A stretch of 64,000 nucleotides of DNA from the NCBI GenBank assembly GCA_951406725.2, contig OX597822.1, positions 79,608,001 through 79,672,000 of the forward strand, written 5' to 3'. Within the stretch, counting starts at the first letter, position 1. The number at the start of each line of letters is the position of its first letter. The DNA is from Octopus vulgaris. Taxonomy: Eukaryota. Below are positions 50,690 to 63,445 of the stretch, piece after piece. The notes beneath the pieces are model-generated. The model saw only the letters and a program-made list of their open reading frames with translations. It did no database searches and was not told where the DNA came from. The translations under genes and the position numbers were made by a program.

Positions 50690-51342
50690 TTATTATAAAG
50701 TCAGTAAAATAACTAAAATAAGAACGTGAATCATGAAGTGAAAAATAATGAAATCACGAGAATCTTTTGAAAGAGATATTTCATGAACGCCTGCACTTTC
50801 ACGAAGCACATTTTGGCGAACATTTCGTCTGCGTTTGGGAGCTTCAGTTAGCCATACAGTACATTTATCTTTACGAACCACAGTATTGTCATCTTCATGA
50901 TTAGTTTCGCTGTTATCAGTACTATAACCATCACAAAGATTATCATTGGATTCTTCAACATCCTCATTTATGATATTATATCAGATATATCATTATCGGA
51001 ATTACAATCTGGTACTGAAACTTCGTATGGTTCCTCTACAATGGCTCTTTTGCTATAGAACATTGATTTAGGGATAGGCATTTGAAATATATGAATTTGT
51101 ATTCAAAATATCTGAAAAAGAACAGGAAAAAAAATAACTTCACAGAATGCCAATGGGGTTCAGTTGGACCTCAATGTCCACATTTTACGCTATAACATCC
51201 ATATAATTGGAAATTTTTAGCTCAAACTATTGACAATAAAAATCCTAAGATATAAAATCATTTAAATAAAAAATGTATAAGATGCATAAGTTTTAAAATT
51301 TGCTGGGGTCTCAAGGGACCCCGCCAGCCCACGAAAGATTAT
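50690..51342 (-). mobile_element. piggyBac-like 5' end remnant
   Basis: Acidic N-terminus then KDKCTVW..PKRRRNVRQNVLRESAG. Subterminal GGGGTC..GACCCC palindromes at about 51155 and 51305. Confidence 0.5.
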
Positions 51343-51803
51343 ATTTTCATCATCATCATCATCATCATCACCACCACCACCACCACCACCACCACCACCA
51401 CCACCACCACCACCATCCCGTACACTTTACTATCTCGGGTCCTGGGTTTCATAGGACCGCTTGCCCAGTTTCCATGTCGTACAAGTGATCGAGATCCTAA
51501 CATAATCCCTAAAAAGGAGCAATGTGGAATGAAATGCTTTGCTAAAAAAACACAAGGCACTGTCCATTCCAGGAATCGAAACCAAATTCTTATGATAAAG
51601 AGTGATATACTCTTACCAGTGGGCTTCGCGCCGAGTTCAAATGCCGCCCAGGTCGACTTTGCCTTCTTTCCTTTTAGAGTCGATAAAATAAGTACCAGTT
51701 GAGCAATAGGGTCGCGCTAACCGACTAGTTTCCTCCTGCCAAATTCCAGGCCTTGTGCCAATAATAGAAAATATTATTATTATTTTTATTTATTGTTTTT
51801 CAG

Positions 51804-51913
51804 ATCCTGTTCAAAATTCTTGGCTTCATTTTAAACACATTCCTCTTTACATTAAGCAAACTCACTTTTCTCTACTTACTGTACCTTCACGAGCACGAAT
51901 CTAATGAAACATG
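51804..51913 (+). CDS. CHS: Chitin-synthase-like gene, internal exon (phase 0 to 2)
   Basis: TTGTTTTTCAG|ATC...ACATG|GTATGT. Encodes ILFKILGFILNTFLFTLSKLTFLYLLYLHEHESNET plus a split TG/G codon (W). Confidence 0.7.
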
Positions 51914-52599
51914 GTATGTACACCTATTTATCTTATGGAATTTCTTTGAAAATCTTCATGAAATCAGTTCATGTTATGTTGTTTGTACAAAAGCTTTATC
52001 AACTAATCTGATTGGGGATGCGTTTACGTGCACATACACACACATGCCTAAATTCACACATGCATACGTACATTTAATGGTTTGAAATAATTTACTATAA
52101 ATAATGATCCAACCAAAACTTGAAATGGAGATTGTTCGTGTCTAACTTAACGGACAACCCTACATCATACAACGCAGAGTATGTAAACGAAAAACTCTAA
52201 ACAGTTAAATCGAAGGATATTAAGTTAAGACCCTGAAGAAACTGCATTGTTGTAGGGTTGCTACTGCAACTAATCAATGCAGTTGAAACATGTGTTGGTC
52301 TATGTAAAGCTGTAGATATATTAAAGGTAATATGCAACTTCGTAATAATCCTTATTATTAATATTGTTGATATTATATACTCCAGGAACCTAATATGGCT
52401 GAGGTAATATATTCAGGATAATCTAACGGGATATATCTCTAAATTCTTGTCTTATAGCTACGTTACTGGATTTATATATTATCTGTTGAATAGCCGATTT
52501 TGAATACCTGGGAGTGAATCGTTTTGTGCTAATCCCTAACTATTTACAAATATCTCTTTGGCATCCGTAAGTCTCGAAAGACAATGGATTTGCACCTTG

Positions 52600-52970
52600 G
52601 ATTGGATTGGTGTTGCAGCATCACTTGTGACTGACAAGGCCAATGCGTGAGTGACAGTCACAGCTGCAATCGTCGCAAATGCGGTTGGTCGGTTGGTCAT
52701 TTGTTGGTGGTTCGGTCTTCTTGCGTCTCCGTCTGTCCTCTGCTGTCTGACATATGTGATCTTCTTCCCCCAGGGCGGTACTAAGCACCTGTTTTCAGCA
52801 GGAACGATCTTTTGCCATGTTCTCCCAAGTTTTGGTATTCATACTTATGGCCTTCATGTCACGTTTGCACACGTCCTTGAAACGGAGATGTGGTCGCTCG
52901 CGAGCATGTCTGCTGGAGGCTAGCTCTCCATACAGTATATCTTTCGGTAACCTCCCATCAGGCATCCTGA
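52600..52970 (-). mobile_element. RTE LINE 3' fragment (intronic)
   Basis: RMPDGRLPKDILYGEL..RFKDVCKRDMK..W and a terminal CDDC...SRIGLVSH finger. Confidence 0.8.
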
Positions 52971-53135
52971 AAGAAACAATAAATTAACTAAATATTTTCG
53001 TTAAGGAATGTGCTTATCAAGAGTATTTTTGCAAAGTATATGGAAATCCGGTCTAGAAGGACAGATACGACAATTTATCTTAAAGGATCACAAAATCCAG
53101 CTCCCCGTCTTATCTTAATTTAAGAACTATATTAG

Positions 53136-53565
53136 TTCGTCTTTGTTTTATGTAAACAACCTTTTCTATATGTGCTTTCGGTGCGAATGGTTTTGTTATA
53201 ACGGCGCCATATTTTACAATCCTGTAAATAATAATAATAATGGTGTTTTTATATAAGCTTAAAGCTTACAGCTATCACCGTGCGAATAGTCTAATAAAGG
53301 AGAATATAAGCCCTCGACAGAAAAAGAGAAGTCTTTCCTTTCCGTGATAGACTCGAACCTTATCCCTTTGTTAACGCGAGTAGGTGTGTTACATTTAGAC
53401 TATTTTTCTTAGTCATTGCACTGTGTTCGCCATAAGCTTTAAGCTTATATAAAAATACCATTATTATTATTATTTACAGGATGGTAAAATACGGCAACGT
53501 ATAACACAACCATTCGCACTGAAATCATATATAGAAAAGTTTGTATACATAAAACAAACACGAAC
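53136..53565. repeat. Diverged inverted repeat (about 135-bp arms), MITE or inverted pLTR
   Basis: 53136-53269 is approximately the reverse complement of 53432-53565. Confidence 0.8.
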
Positions 53566-54424
53566 ACTGAGAAAGAAGAGAGTCGTTATTTTACGTTTTG
53601 AACATAGCTCTTCTTCGAAAACAGGAAAATCCGGCAAGTCCAAAGGGAAAGTAGGAAGGAGGAAAAATCGTCAACAGTCCGCGTGCGGTTACATTTCAAA
53701 AGTGACCGGAAGTAGAAGAAATGAAGAGAAAGTGCTTTCTGGGACAGGAGATTGTGAAGATGGTTGGTATGTGCGTGTGTGTGTGAGGTAGTGTCTGTGT
53801 GGCAGTAACTGCGTGTTTGAGTGTGTGGCAGCGTGTATGCGATTGGTGGTAAGTATGTGTGTACGTATGTGTGTGTGGTAGCGTATGTGTGTGTGTGTGT
53901 GTATAGTAGCGTATGTGTGTGTGTGGTATTACGTTGTGAGTTCAAATTCCGCCGAGGTCGACTTTACCTTTCATCCTTTCGGGGTCGATAAATTAAGTAC
54001 CAGTTACGCACTGAGGTCGATGTAATCGACTTAATACCTATGTCTGTTTTTGTTTGTCCCCTCTATGTTTAGCCCCTTGTGGGTAATAAAGAAATAGGTA
54101 TTAACTGTATGCGTGTGTTTGTGTGAGTAGTGTATGTATGTGTGTTTGTGTGTGGTGTGGTAGGATCTGTGTGCGTGTGGAACGATTTGTGTGATTCTGT
54201 GTGTTAATGTCAGCAGCTATAATTACAGGTGTTTTGAATGGGTAGGTGTGGGTGTGGGTGTGGGTTTGTGTTTGTATGTATGGGTGTGGCTGTGTGTGTG
54301 TGTGTGTGCGTGTGTGTGTTTGCATATGTGCGTAGATCAATAGTGTGTCAGAGGCAGTTTGAAGGGTATGTGAATGGGTGTGTGTGTGTGTATTTGTTGG
54401 CATATATGCATAGACGGAGTAGGA

Positions 54425-54459
<35 letters not shown>

Positions 54460-54675
54460 AGTGTGTGCACATGTGTATGGTTGCGTGTCTGTCACTGCCT
54501 CACTCTCGCTGTATATATGTGTGTGTGTGTGTGTGTGCGTGCACGCGCGCGTATGTGGTGTGGTATAGGAATATAAAAATTAAAACAATACAAATAAATA
54601 ATAAAAAATACCAATTCGTAATACGAAAAACATTAATGAAAAGGATTATGTGAATAAATCAGTAACACACACGCA

Positions 54676-54730
<55 letters not shown>

Positions 54731-54738
<8 letters not shown>

Positions 54739-56755
54739 GAATGGAGCTGAACGACAAATTAACAAAATTCCTTTATTTTCGACATATGTTTCGAAGGCTG
54801 CATATTCCTAATTGCGAAGGAATAAGGAGTACATTATGCCGCTTTCTCATCAGGAAAAGCAAGGAACTTATGTCAGCATCAAAATGCACAAAAAACTTTT
54901 AGATGATTGCTCACACGGAGCCCATGGCGGTAATGAGTGTCTCTTTAATCGAAAACCAACACCAATTCTACAACACAGAAATACTCCCTTTAATGTAAAT
55001 GTTAACACTCTGAGCCATTCTAAGTCAAAAAAAAACTATATCTGGTTTGTCATTCCTTTCGGGAAACAAATCAGGTCTAATCTCCCTTTACAGTTCCGTG
55101 AAGCCGTAGCTAGAAACTTTCCCAGGAATTCTAGATATTACTCTACTATCAATTCGCATAAGGTGAGGATTGCATTCGCCAACACTAGAAATTTATCGCA
55201 GATAATTGCCTCCCATAATAATAAGCTGCTAAATAAGGACTCATCACCCAGGGGTAGCGACACTGCCCTTACCAATTCCAACCTAACATACAATAATAAT
55301 AATAATAATATAAATAGTATTGATATTAGCAACATTCATAGCAGCATTGGCGTTAACAATAGTAATAATGATAATAACATTAGCCGGATTATTAACAGTG
55401 GTGGTGTTAGTGGTAATAGTAACAGCATTTCTAATAACAGTTGTATTATTGATGATAACAATCACAGCATTCCTATAGTCAGAGAAATTGCCGACGATAT
55501 TACAAGTAATAGTAATGATAATAAGATGAATAGTATCGTGGCCAATACTAGCAGAAATATTTACACCTATCATAACAATAAAAACGCTGTCTTAGTATCG
55601 GAAGTTAACCCCAACAGATTAAAGTTCTTATCCAAAAATTCCAAAATTAGAAACACCATTTACCAGTGCAAAATTTCTTCTGGAACCGATGTCTTCTTCT
55701 ACGTTGGAGCAACCTCTTCTAAATTAACCCAAAGGATCTCCAATCATTATTCAACTTTCCGAGATAAGAGAAAACAACACAGCACGGGACTAAGTAAATT
55801 AGTTTGGCGTCTGAAGGACAGCAATACAACTTTCAAGCTGGAATGGTCCATATTGTCGGTGTCCTTTCCGTTTGATAAGGGCAGAAAACTTTGTGGCATC
55901 TGTAATTCCGAACTTTTTCATATTTTGTTCGCCAAAGTCCCTTTAATAAATGCAATCGTTGAGAGGTCATACAGGTGCATGCACTGGCAAAAACACACCT
56001 TTCACTCATATGAATAATGATTAATATAGATAACCCCTTGAATTTTAATTTATATAACTTTTTTTCTTATACATGTCACCCCCATAGTCATAAATTTTTT
56101 TTTATACTTTCAAAGAACTACTACCCAATCCAGTGAGGTTGTTGCCTTAGTCCCTCTACTTCGCCCTCCTCTCTCTCTCTCTCTCTCTCTCTATTTCTCT
56201 CTCTATTTCCCTCCTTCTATAGTATGCACAATCAAACACACAGACACAAATCTCTCACCTCACCACTGTCTGTTTTCTGACATCTACCCATCCACATACA
56301 CAATCACGCATACACATACATACACACACACATTAATGCAGTTATATACAGTCACACACACAGGCACTCATTCACAAAAGATATTAACAAAATCCACCAT
56401 TCATATGACCTGCACCCTTTCACCTTCCTATTCTTTTGCCTCTCTCCGCCTACTTCGTTTGAGCCCTTGAACCTTTAGAACCTTCTAGATTCTTCTACTT
56501 TCATCCACTTTGACGTCACTCCTTATAAAGGAATATTTTAAAGAGACACTCATTACCGCCATGGGCTCTGTGTGAGCAATCATCTAAAGGTTTTTTGTGC
56601 ATTTTGATGCTGACATAAGTTCCTTGCTTTTCCTGATGAGAAAGCGGCATAATGTACTCCTTATTCCTTCGCAATTAGGAATATGCAGCCTTCGAAACAT
56701 ATGTCGAAAATAAAGGAATTTTGTTAATTTGTCGTTCAGCTCCATTCTTTCATAT
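54731..56755 (+). mobile_element. Young 5'-truncated PLE: inverted partial pLTR, GIY-YIG ORF and pLTR
   Basis: 54731-54944 is a nearly exact reverse complement of 56543-56755. ORF has IWFVIPF, TIYQC..FYVGAT, STGLSKLVW, CGIC and CMH. Confidence 0.9.
56628..56710 (+). ncRNA. Type I hammerhead ribozyme (inverted copy at 54776-54858)
   Basis: TTTTC-CTGATGA-GAAAGCGGCATA...TATGCAGCCTTC-GAAA-CATATG-TC-GAAAA. Intact core, GUC site. Confidence 0.88.
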
Positions 56756-56895
56756 ATTTATATTTTTAAAATAAACATACAAATTTCCACACGAAAGCAC
56801 GTAATCTATGCCCTAGACACGTAACTTCAACCGTGTTTTTCTGATGTGAATTTGCTACCCAGGTATCGGTTAATTCGAATTATCCTTCAACTACT

Positions 56896-56954
<59 letters not shown>

Positions 56955-56979
56955 GAAAATAAATAAATAAATATATATA

Positions 56980-57495
56980 TACTAGCAGTATCGCCCGGCG
57001 TTGCTCGGTTTGTAAGGGAAATAACTATATAAGCATTTTTAGAGAGTTACCTCCCTTATAGATGCCAATTCGGGCTTTCTTAGCCATTTCTGTTTTGGTG
57101 TCTTCAAGCCATGAAGTCGTTGTTCTAAAAGAACGCTGGTCTCCTTGACAACGCTTTACGACGTTGATTTCCTTACACTCCCTTCCCCACAGCTTTACGA
57201 GGGAGGGAAGAAGGGGGAGAAGCAAACAGGTGCAGGTGTGACCATGGACACCAACTCCGCCGCCATCGACACACGAAAAATTATGCATTAAAATGGAATA
57301 AAAAAATGATGTTAAATTATTTTAAAAATCGTAGACTCATCGTAGACGCGCGCTAATATTCAGACGAGCTCGATATGAATCACGACTATAAGATACCCGA
57401 ATTTGGTTAAACTGCACCGCAAAATGTGGGAGTAGTTAGGAATCTAAATCGAAGGGGACAGACACTCACACAACTACAGTTTTATATATATAGAT
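56980..57495 (+). mobile_element. Non-autonomous Helitron-like (HINE/DINE-type) element
   Basis: 5' TACTAGCAGTATCGCCCGGCGTTGCTCGG and 3' GACAGACA...TTTTATATATATAGAT, set in (TA)n. Confidence 0.65.
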
Positions 57496-57498
57496 ATA

Positions 57499-57958
57499 TA
57501 TCCGTAAATATAAGAGAGCCAACTTTGAATATGTTAACTCTAGTGCTAGAAATAGCTCCACCGGTATAGTCGCCAACGATAATTCCACATAGAAATAGCA
57601 CTACCCTCAACGTAATGAAATCGAAATACAACTAAAAAATGGATTAATGTTGTACAATTGTTTCTTCATCAACAAAATATGCAAATTATACTTACATAAT
57701 TGTCTATGAATCATCAGCAACATTTGTCGACAAATGTTGCTGATGATTCATAGACAATTATGTGAGTATAATTTGCATATTTTGTTGATGAAGAAACAAT
57801 TGTACAACATTAATCCATTTTTTAGTTGTATTTCGATTTCATTACGTTGAGGGTAGTGCTATTTCTATGTGGAATTATCGTTGGCGACTATACCGGTGGA
57901 GCTATTTCTAGCACTAGAGTTAACATATTCAAAGTTGGCTCTCTTATATTTACGGATA
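57499..57958. repeat. 460-bp spacerless palindrome of a PLE pLTR
   Basis: Centre TGTC|GACA at 57728/57729. 230-bp arms with one mismatch seen. Confidence 0.92.
57733..57811 (+). ncRNA. Type I hammerhead ribozyme (mirror copy at 57646-57724 on minus)
   Basis: AATGTTG-CTGATGA-TTCAT...ATGAA-GAAA-CAATTG-TA-CAACATT. All stems are perfect. Confidence 0.9.
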
Positions 57959-58060
57959 AATATGTATTTGTCTCCCTGGTTTATTGTGCTAGGTCGCTTG
58001 GTGTTAAAATAAGGGTATTATTGAATTAATATCTAAAATTTTTTTCACCCTCATTATTGA

Positions 58061-58109
<49 letters not shown>

Positions 58110-58110
<1 letters not shown>

Positions 58111-59050
58111 GAAGGAAAATACAGTTTACATTGTTTTAATATATTTTATTAGTGAAAGAGTATTGTGTTTGTTAACCGGTTTCACTCTCGTAATTGTAAT
58201 TTCGTACTTTCTTAAGAAGATTTTATTCTATGTTGTGGGTGGAGAAGCTTGTGAGTGAATGAAAAAACAAGTAAAAAAATCTATGGGAAGGTAATTTGTG
58301 AGGTTATTGGAAACAGGGGAGGCAATTGCTCATCTTTCGGGGAGGGGATGGATAAATATATAAACAAAAACTCAAAAGCTAAAGTAGTGAGATGAAATAT
58401 GTACAGTGATGGGTATGTGTTTAAGAAATAAAATATATACTGAGACTAAGGTTGGTTACGCGTTCATATTTAGGCTTGTTCTGTATTTGTCAATAAATAT
58501 ATTTTCTTTATTTAAACGTTCATGTAAATAAATTGTTTCTTTGCTCTGGTAGATGGGGAAACTGTGAAGTTTGGTTGGATAATACCTGCACATCTCTCTG
58601 TGTTCACTCAAAGGAATCTATCTACACGGCGGGGACCGAGTCTGTTCCTTATGTAGTGTGGTTCTCTGTCTCAGTGTCATACTTAACTGTCCCATATAGT
58701 TATGTCCACAACCTGAACAGGCTATAACATAAATTAGATTCTCGGAAACACTAGTGAAGTTAGTTTTTTATAGTAAACTTCTCTCCTTGTTTGAAAAATA
58801 ATTCTGAGCTTTCCAGTAGGTTTAGGCATGTTCTACAGTTTAGTAGTTCACATTTTTAACTGTTGGTTTCATGGTTGTTGTGTAAAGCTTCGCACTTGTT
58901 AGAAGTCTTTTCAGCGATTTGTGTCGCTATTTTGTATTTGATGAATTTATGTGTTTTCAGAATGTTGTTCATTTTTGGATCCCCAGTGAGCGTTGGTACA
59001 TTTTGTATAATAGTTTCCTTGGTTATGAGTTGATATACACGGCACTGTGA
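58110..59050 (-). mobile_element. Degenerate PLE GIY-YIG region and pLTR (related to the 43454-44641 family)
   Basis: IIQNVPTLTGDPKMNNILKTHKFIK and CRTCLNLLESSE resemble the 43454 ORF. Confidence 0.65.
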
Positions 59051-59437
59051 CAATCAATGAGAATTAAAGCCACTTGCCGATAAATTCCAATTATAGTATA
59101 CAACTTGTGGAGGTCAGTAACTTTCCGTACTTGGACCCTAAATTGCTGAGAATAATGAATACGTCCTGATATGCAAAGGAGACAATCTTGGAGACCATGT
59201 AACGACGTTTTTCAAACTCTTGTTACACTAGAAATTACATTTTTGAAATTTGAATAAAGTTTACTTCTTTTCAGACATTTAATGACTGAGTGCAAAGAAG
59301 AGAAAAAAAAAACGAATTTATCTGAAAACAGTTTTAGAGTAATCAATATCGTGGAATCACGATCGTATTTGTCTTATCTTAAAAGAATGCTTCCTCGATG
59401 GAAGGTTTTTTAACAATTTTTCTTTTTCCCTTCACAG

Positions 59438-59564
59438 GATAGCTTCAATGACATTAGTGCTTGCTGTACCCGAAATTATTACTATAGTCAAACTTTTGTG
59501 GTGCTCGTCTTTTCTCCTCATTGGCAAATTACGCGAATGGCCATCGCTGCCATCTTTTCTATTG
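59438..59564 (+). CDS. CHS: Chitin-synthase-like gene, internal exon (phase 2 to 0)
   Basis: Strong polypyrimidine tract TTTTTCCCTTCACAG and TTG|GTATGT. Encodes (W)IASMTLVLAVPEIITIVKLLWCSSFLLIGKLREWPSLPSFLL. Confidence 0.75.
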
Positions 59565-60004
59565 GTATGTCACAAATTTAATATTTTTTTTTCATTCAAA
59601 ATTTCCTAACAATGTTTTCCTCATTGTGTGTGTGTGTGTGTGTTTGTACGTGTGTGTGCACGGATTGGCTGATATTCGAGTGTCACGCTGTATGTCATTT
59701 TACCGGTAACCATCATCTTTTACCCTTCACTTTTTATAGTTATGGGACAGGGGCCATGCTGGGGCATCGCCTTGAAGGGTGTTAGTCGAAAAAATCGAAC
59801 CCAGTATTTAGGACTTAATTTCTTGAGGTTTGATACTTACTCTATTAATCTCCTTTGCCGAACCGTGAAGTTACGGGTGGTAAACAAACCAACACTAGTT
59901 GTCAAGCGGTGATGACTAACAACAACGTAAAGGTGCATACACGTAGGTATTATGCTGCACAAAAACTACCTCACACACGTATGTATATATACATACATAC
60001 ATAT

Positions 60005-60059
<55 letters not shown>

Positions 60060-60623
60060 CAACTGTCTGACGAACGGTTACGTGAAACTGAGTTTGTGAA
60101 GATTTTTCTGGCTCTAATACATACACACATACGTACACACATACGCACACACATTTATATATGTATGTATATGTATCTATACACGCACAGAACAGCTATA
60201 TGACATGTGTTAGTGACATGTGATGGCGATTCACTCCCGAACTTAAATAGGCTCTCAGCCACTGTATCATGAATGGTTGTGGACCACTCCTAATAAAAGA
60301 CAGAGCGTCCTTCGACCACTACATAAAAAGTATTAAGAAAAAAAAATGTTGTTTAGATATACTTTTATTTTAGTTGTTTACAATATTTTACGCTTGTTTA
60401 TACTCTTATACATTCCAAGTTCACAAATTTCCTTATTTAAATTATGAATCATATTCCTTTCGATAATATCAATATGATTACAAAACTTCTTTGAAGACGA
60501 TATTTACTGTTTGGTCGACACTAATTTTCAAGTTACTGGAGTCCGTTTCTCTACTCATAACGTCGTATAACTGACCCTGCGTAAACATCGAAGTGGTTAA
60601 AAATGCACATACACGATCTAAAG

Positions 60624-60959
60624 CAGAGGTTCTCAAACTTTTTGGGCCACCGCCCCTTTCATGGCCACATAATACCCTCAGCGTCTCTACCCATATTTTT
60701 ATGTATAAATAAATATTTTATATTTAACTAATTTATATACACTATGAATCATTTGATATTTAATATATTATATAATTTGTATACAATACTATAATATTAT
60801 CATAATAAACTCATAGCGTCACCCAGTCCACAGCTTTTCTCCCAACGCCTCCTTTTTCTCTAGCGTCCCCACCCACGCCACCCTCTTAGGCATCAGTGCC
60901 CACAGGGACCGTCTCCACGCCCACCGGGGGACGGTAGAGCCCACTTTGGAGAACCTATG
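60624..60959. mobile_element. hAT-type MITE (intronic)
   Basis: Imperfect TIR CAGAGGTTCTC/GAGAACCTATG with perfect 8-bp TSD ATCTAAAG (60616-60623, 60960-60967). Confidence 0.9.
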
Positions 60960-61415
60960 ATCTAAAGTCTGACACTGTGCCTTGTTTGATGTGGATGCGC
61001 AAGTGGAACCTTCAGGAATCTGGCCAACTACGATGTGAAATAAAGGGATAGAATCGCAAGTCTAACCCTCTAAATTCACGAACTATACGGGGGGAAATCC
61101 AGAGTTAATCTTCGTCGCCGGAATGTTAACAAAAAAAAAAAAATCAAAGGTGATTTATCAATACAAAACTCGTCCGTGTTTACGTTCTGAGTTCAAATTC
61201 TGTCGTGGTCGACTTTGCATTTTATCTGTTCGGGCTGGAACGGTCAATGTAATCCACTTACCCACACTCACGAAATTGCTGGCCTTGTGCCAACATTTGA
61301 AATCAATATTATTATTATTATTATTGCAAAGACATTATTGAAAACGTTAACGTAACAGATTAATCAGTTGAAAACCTATAAAACTAGAAATCTCTCTCTC
61401 TCTTTTTCTAGCTCT

Positions 61416-61450
<35 letters not shown>

Positions 61451-61614
61451 TGTCTCTCTCTCTTCCTATCTCTCTCTCTCACTTTCTCTCTCTCTTCCTA
61501 TCTCTCTCTCTCTCTCTGTCCCGCTTTCTCCCAGTCTGTCTGTTTGTCTCTCTGATTTTTTACCTCTTCTTCCACCGGTTTGATCCATGCTATTTCCATT
61601 TTATCTATTTTCAG

Positions 61615-61761
61615 GGTATCGTCTGCTCTATAATGGAAAGCACCGCATTAATATTTTTTCTTATGATAGTCGGTCCCAACCTTCATCCGATTATCCTAAT
61701 CCCTTTACTAAGCAGTGTACTCTGCTTGAAAATAGCTTCACTGTCTTTTAAACAGGGATTG
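61615..61761 (+). CDS. CHS: Chitin-synthase-like gene, internal exon (phase 0 to 0)
   Basis: TATTTTCAG|GGT...TTG|GTAAGT. Encodes GIVCSIMESTALIFFLMIVGPNLHPIILIPLLSSVLCLKIASLSFKQGL. Confidence 0.75.
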
Positions 61762-62259
61762 GTAAGTATTTAGCTATTCGAAGATATATCAGTTGTTTAA
61801 TGCGTACCTTAGCATTTATTAATATGCATGTATATAAAAAGCTCAGTCTGGATAACGCTTGGAAAATTAACCAACGTACACACCGCATACATTAACATAC
61901 ATTAACATATCTATTCTATATATCCTTTCCATGGATGTGTATCCATGTTTCTTGTGGAAATATGTGAAGAATGATATTGTACCGTCCATGGATGCACGAT
62001 TATATAACGGTGTCATGAAGTTCAATGACACCGTTTTATAAATTATATACACAGACTGTCAAAATATGAACTTTATTCTACATCTGTATTGAGTATTCTT
62101 TATCCGATTCGTGGATTTTTTTATATTGCATACATACATAATACATACATACTGACAGACAGACAGACAGACAAAGGAAACAATTCAACAATAATTGCTC
62201 GCTCACACGTATATGTTAGCATTCAGATGTATGAATGTATTGTGTAAATGTTTGTGAGC

Positions 62260-63445
62260 CGCACCTATAAAAATGCGCATATCTCTAGTGTAGATAGAAC
62301 GAGGTTATATACACTAGAAGTATGGTATTTGAATTTGAGCAGTTTATTGAGAGGCCAACTTCAATGGCTGCATAATTATGAGGCGAGTTTGAACATTTGC
62401 GATTGAATGTGAGTCGAGGGCGATGACATCCGCGAAGTCGAGACCAGTGAGGTGTAATACTGAACAGTATGAGCCTTGCCGGGAATGTTAATTTATGCCT
62501 CGTTCAAATACTGTAGCGAGCTATAATACATGACCCAAGATTATAGCGAAAAGGAAAGGCGCTAAGGTTTCCTCTTGTAGTACTCCTGCGAATGTGACGG
62601 TGTCTCCGTCAGGGGTGCTTACGAGACGTTTACGGTTCACATAGTTAGATAGGATAGCATTTACAACTTCATTTGTCTTGCTATTAGCAGAGGGAATCTG
62701 AAACATTCGCTTACGGTGGGCAAAGAAAAAAGCTTTGGGGAAATTTACAAAGTAGACGCACACAGACTTACGTTTCTTTGATGAGATCGTTTCAATGAAA
62801 CGGCGAAGAGTTAAAATAGGTTCGAGAGTGGAGAGGCCTTTGCGAAAGTTGTATTGGTTTTGATCTGAGTAGTGTTTCGATAGGGTTTCGGATGTAATGA
62901 ACATGATACAGTTGAAGAGTTTTGCTGAGCATGACATCAAGGTGATGCCATGATACGAGCCATATTCTGATAGATCTCTTCTCCGGAACAGGAATGATGC
63001 GGTTCAGCTTGAATTTCGATGGAGCTTGAGTGGGGATGTAAGTAGAATTTAGAATAGGAAGAAGTAAAAAGAAGTCAACATGGAAGCACACCGTCAACAC
63101 CACACGATCTGCCAGTCTTAAGCTGTTTAGCAGCAGTTAATGCTTCTCTGAGGGTAATCTTACCATTTGGAATATTGGTGAGCAGCGGTGGGATTGGTAT
63201 CACAACAAAATTCTCTGTGAGAGATGTATTGCTGTTGAGCAGCTTTTCAAAGTGGAATTTCCAGCCTACTTGTAGAACTTTTGGCTGTATTTTTTTATGG
63301 TGACTTAGATTTGCGACCAGACAAGTTGTTTATGGCTTTCCAGTCTGTGGTGATTTGTCTGCAGTCAACTGCTTCTTTTATACGGTTGATTTGCTCTTCG
63401 ATGTACGCCTTTTGGTTTGCATTGTACTTCTGAGCTAAGGTTAGA
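62260..63445 (-). mobile_element. Degenerate RTE-type LINE RT fragment (intronic)
   Basis: IIPVPEK, QYNFRKGLST, VNFPKAF, GVLQEETLAPFLF and LDFADVI. Confidence 0.8.

Noticed and set aside
51348-51416. Poly-His ORF
   Set aside because: (CAT)n(CAC)n microsatellite next to a transposon end.
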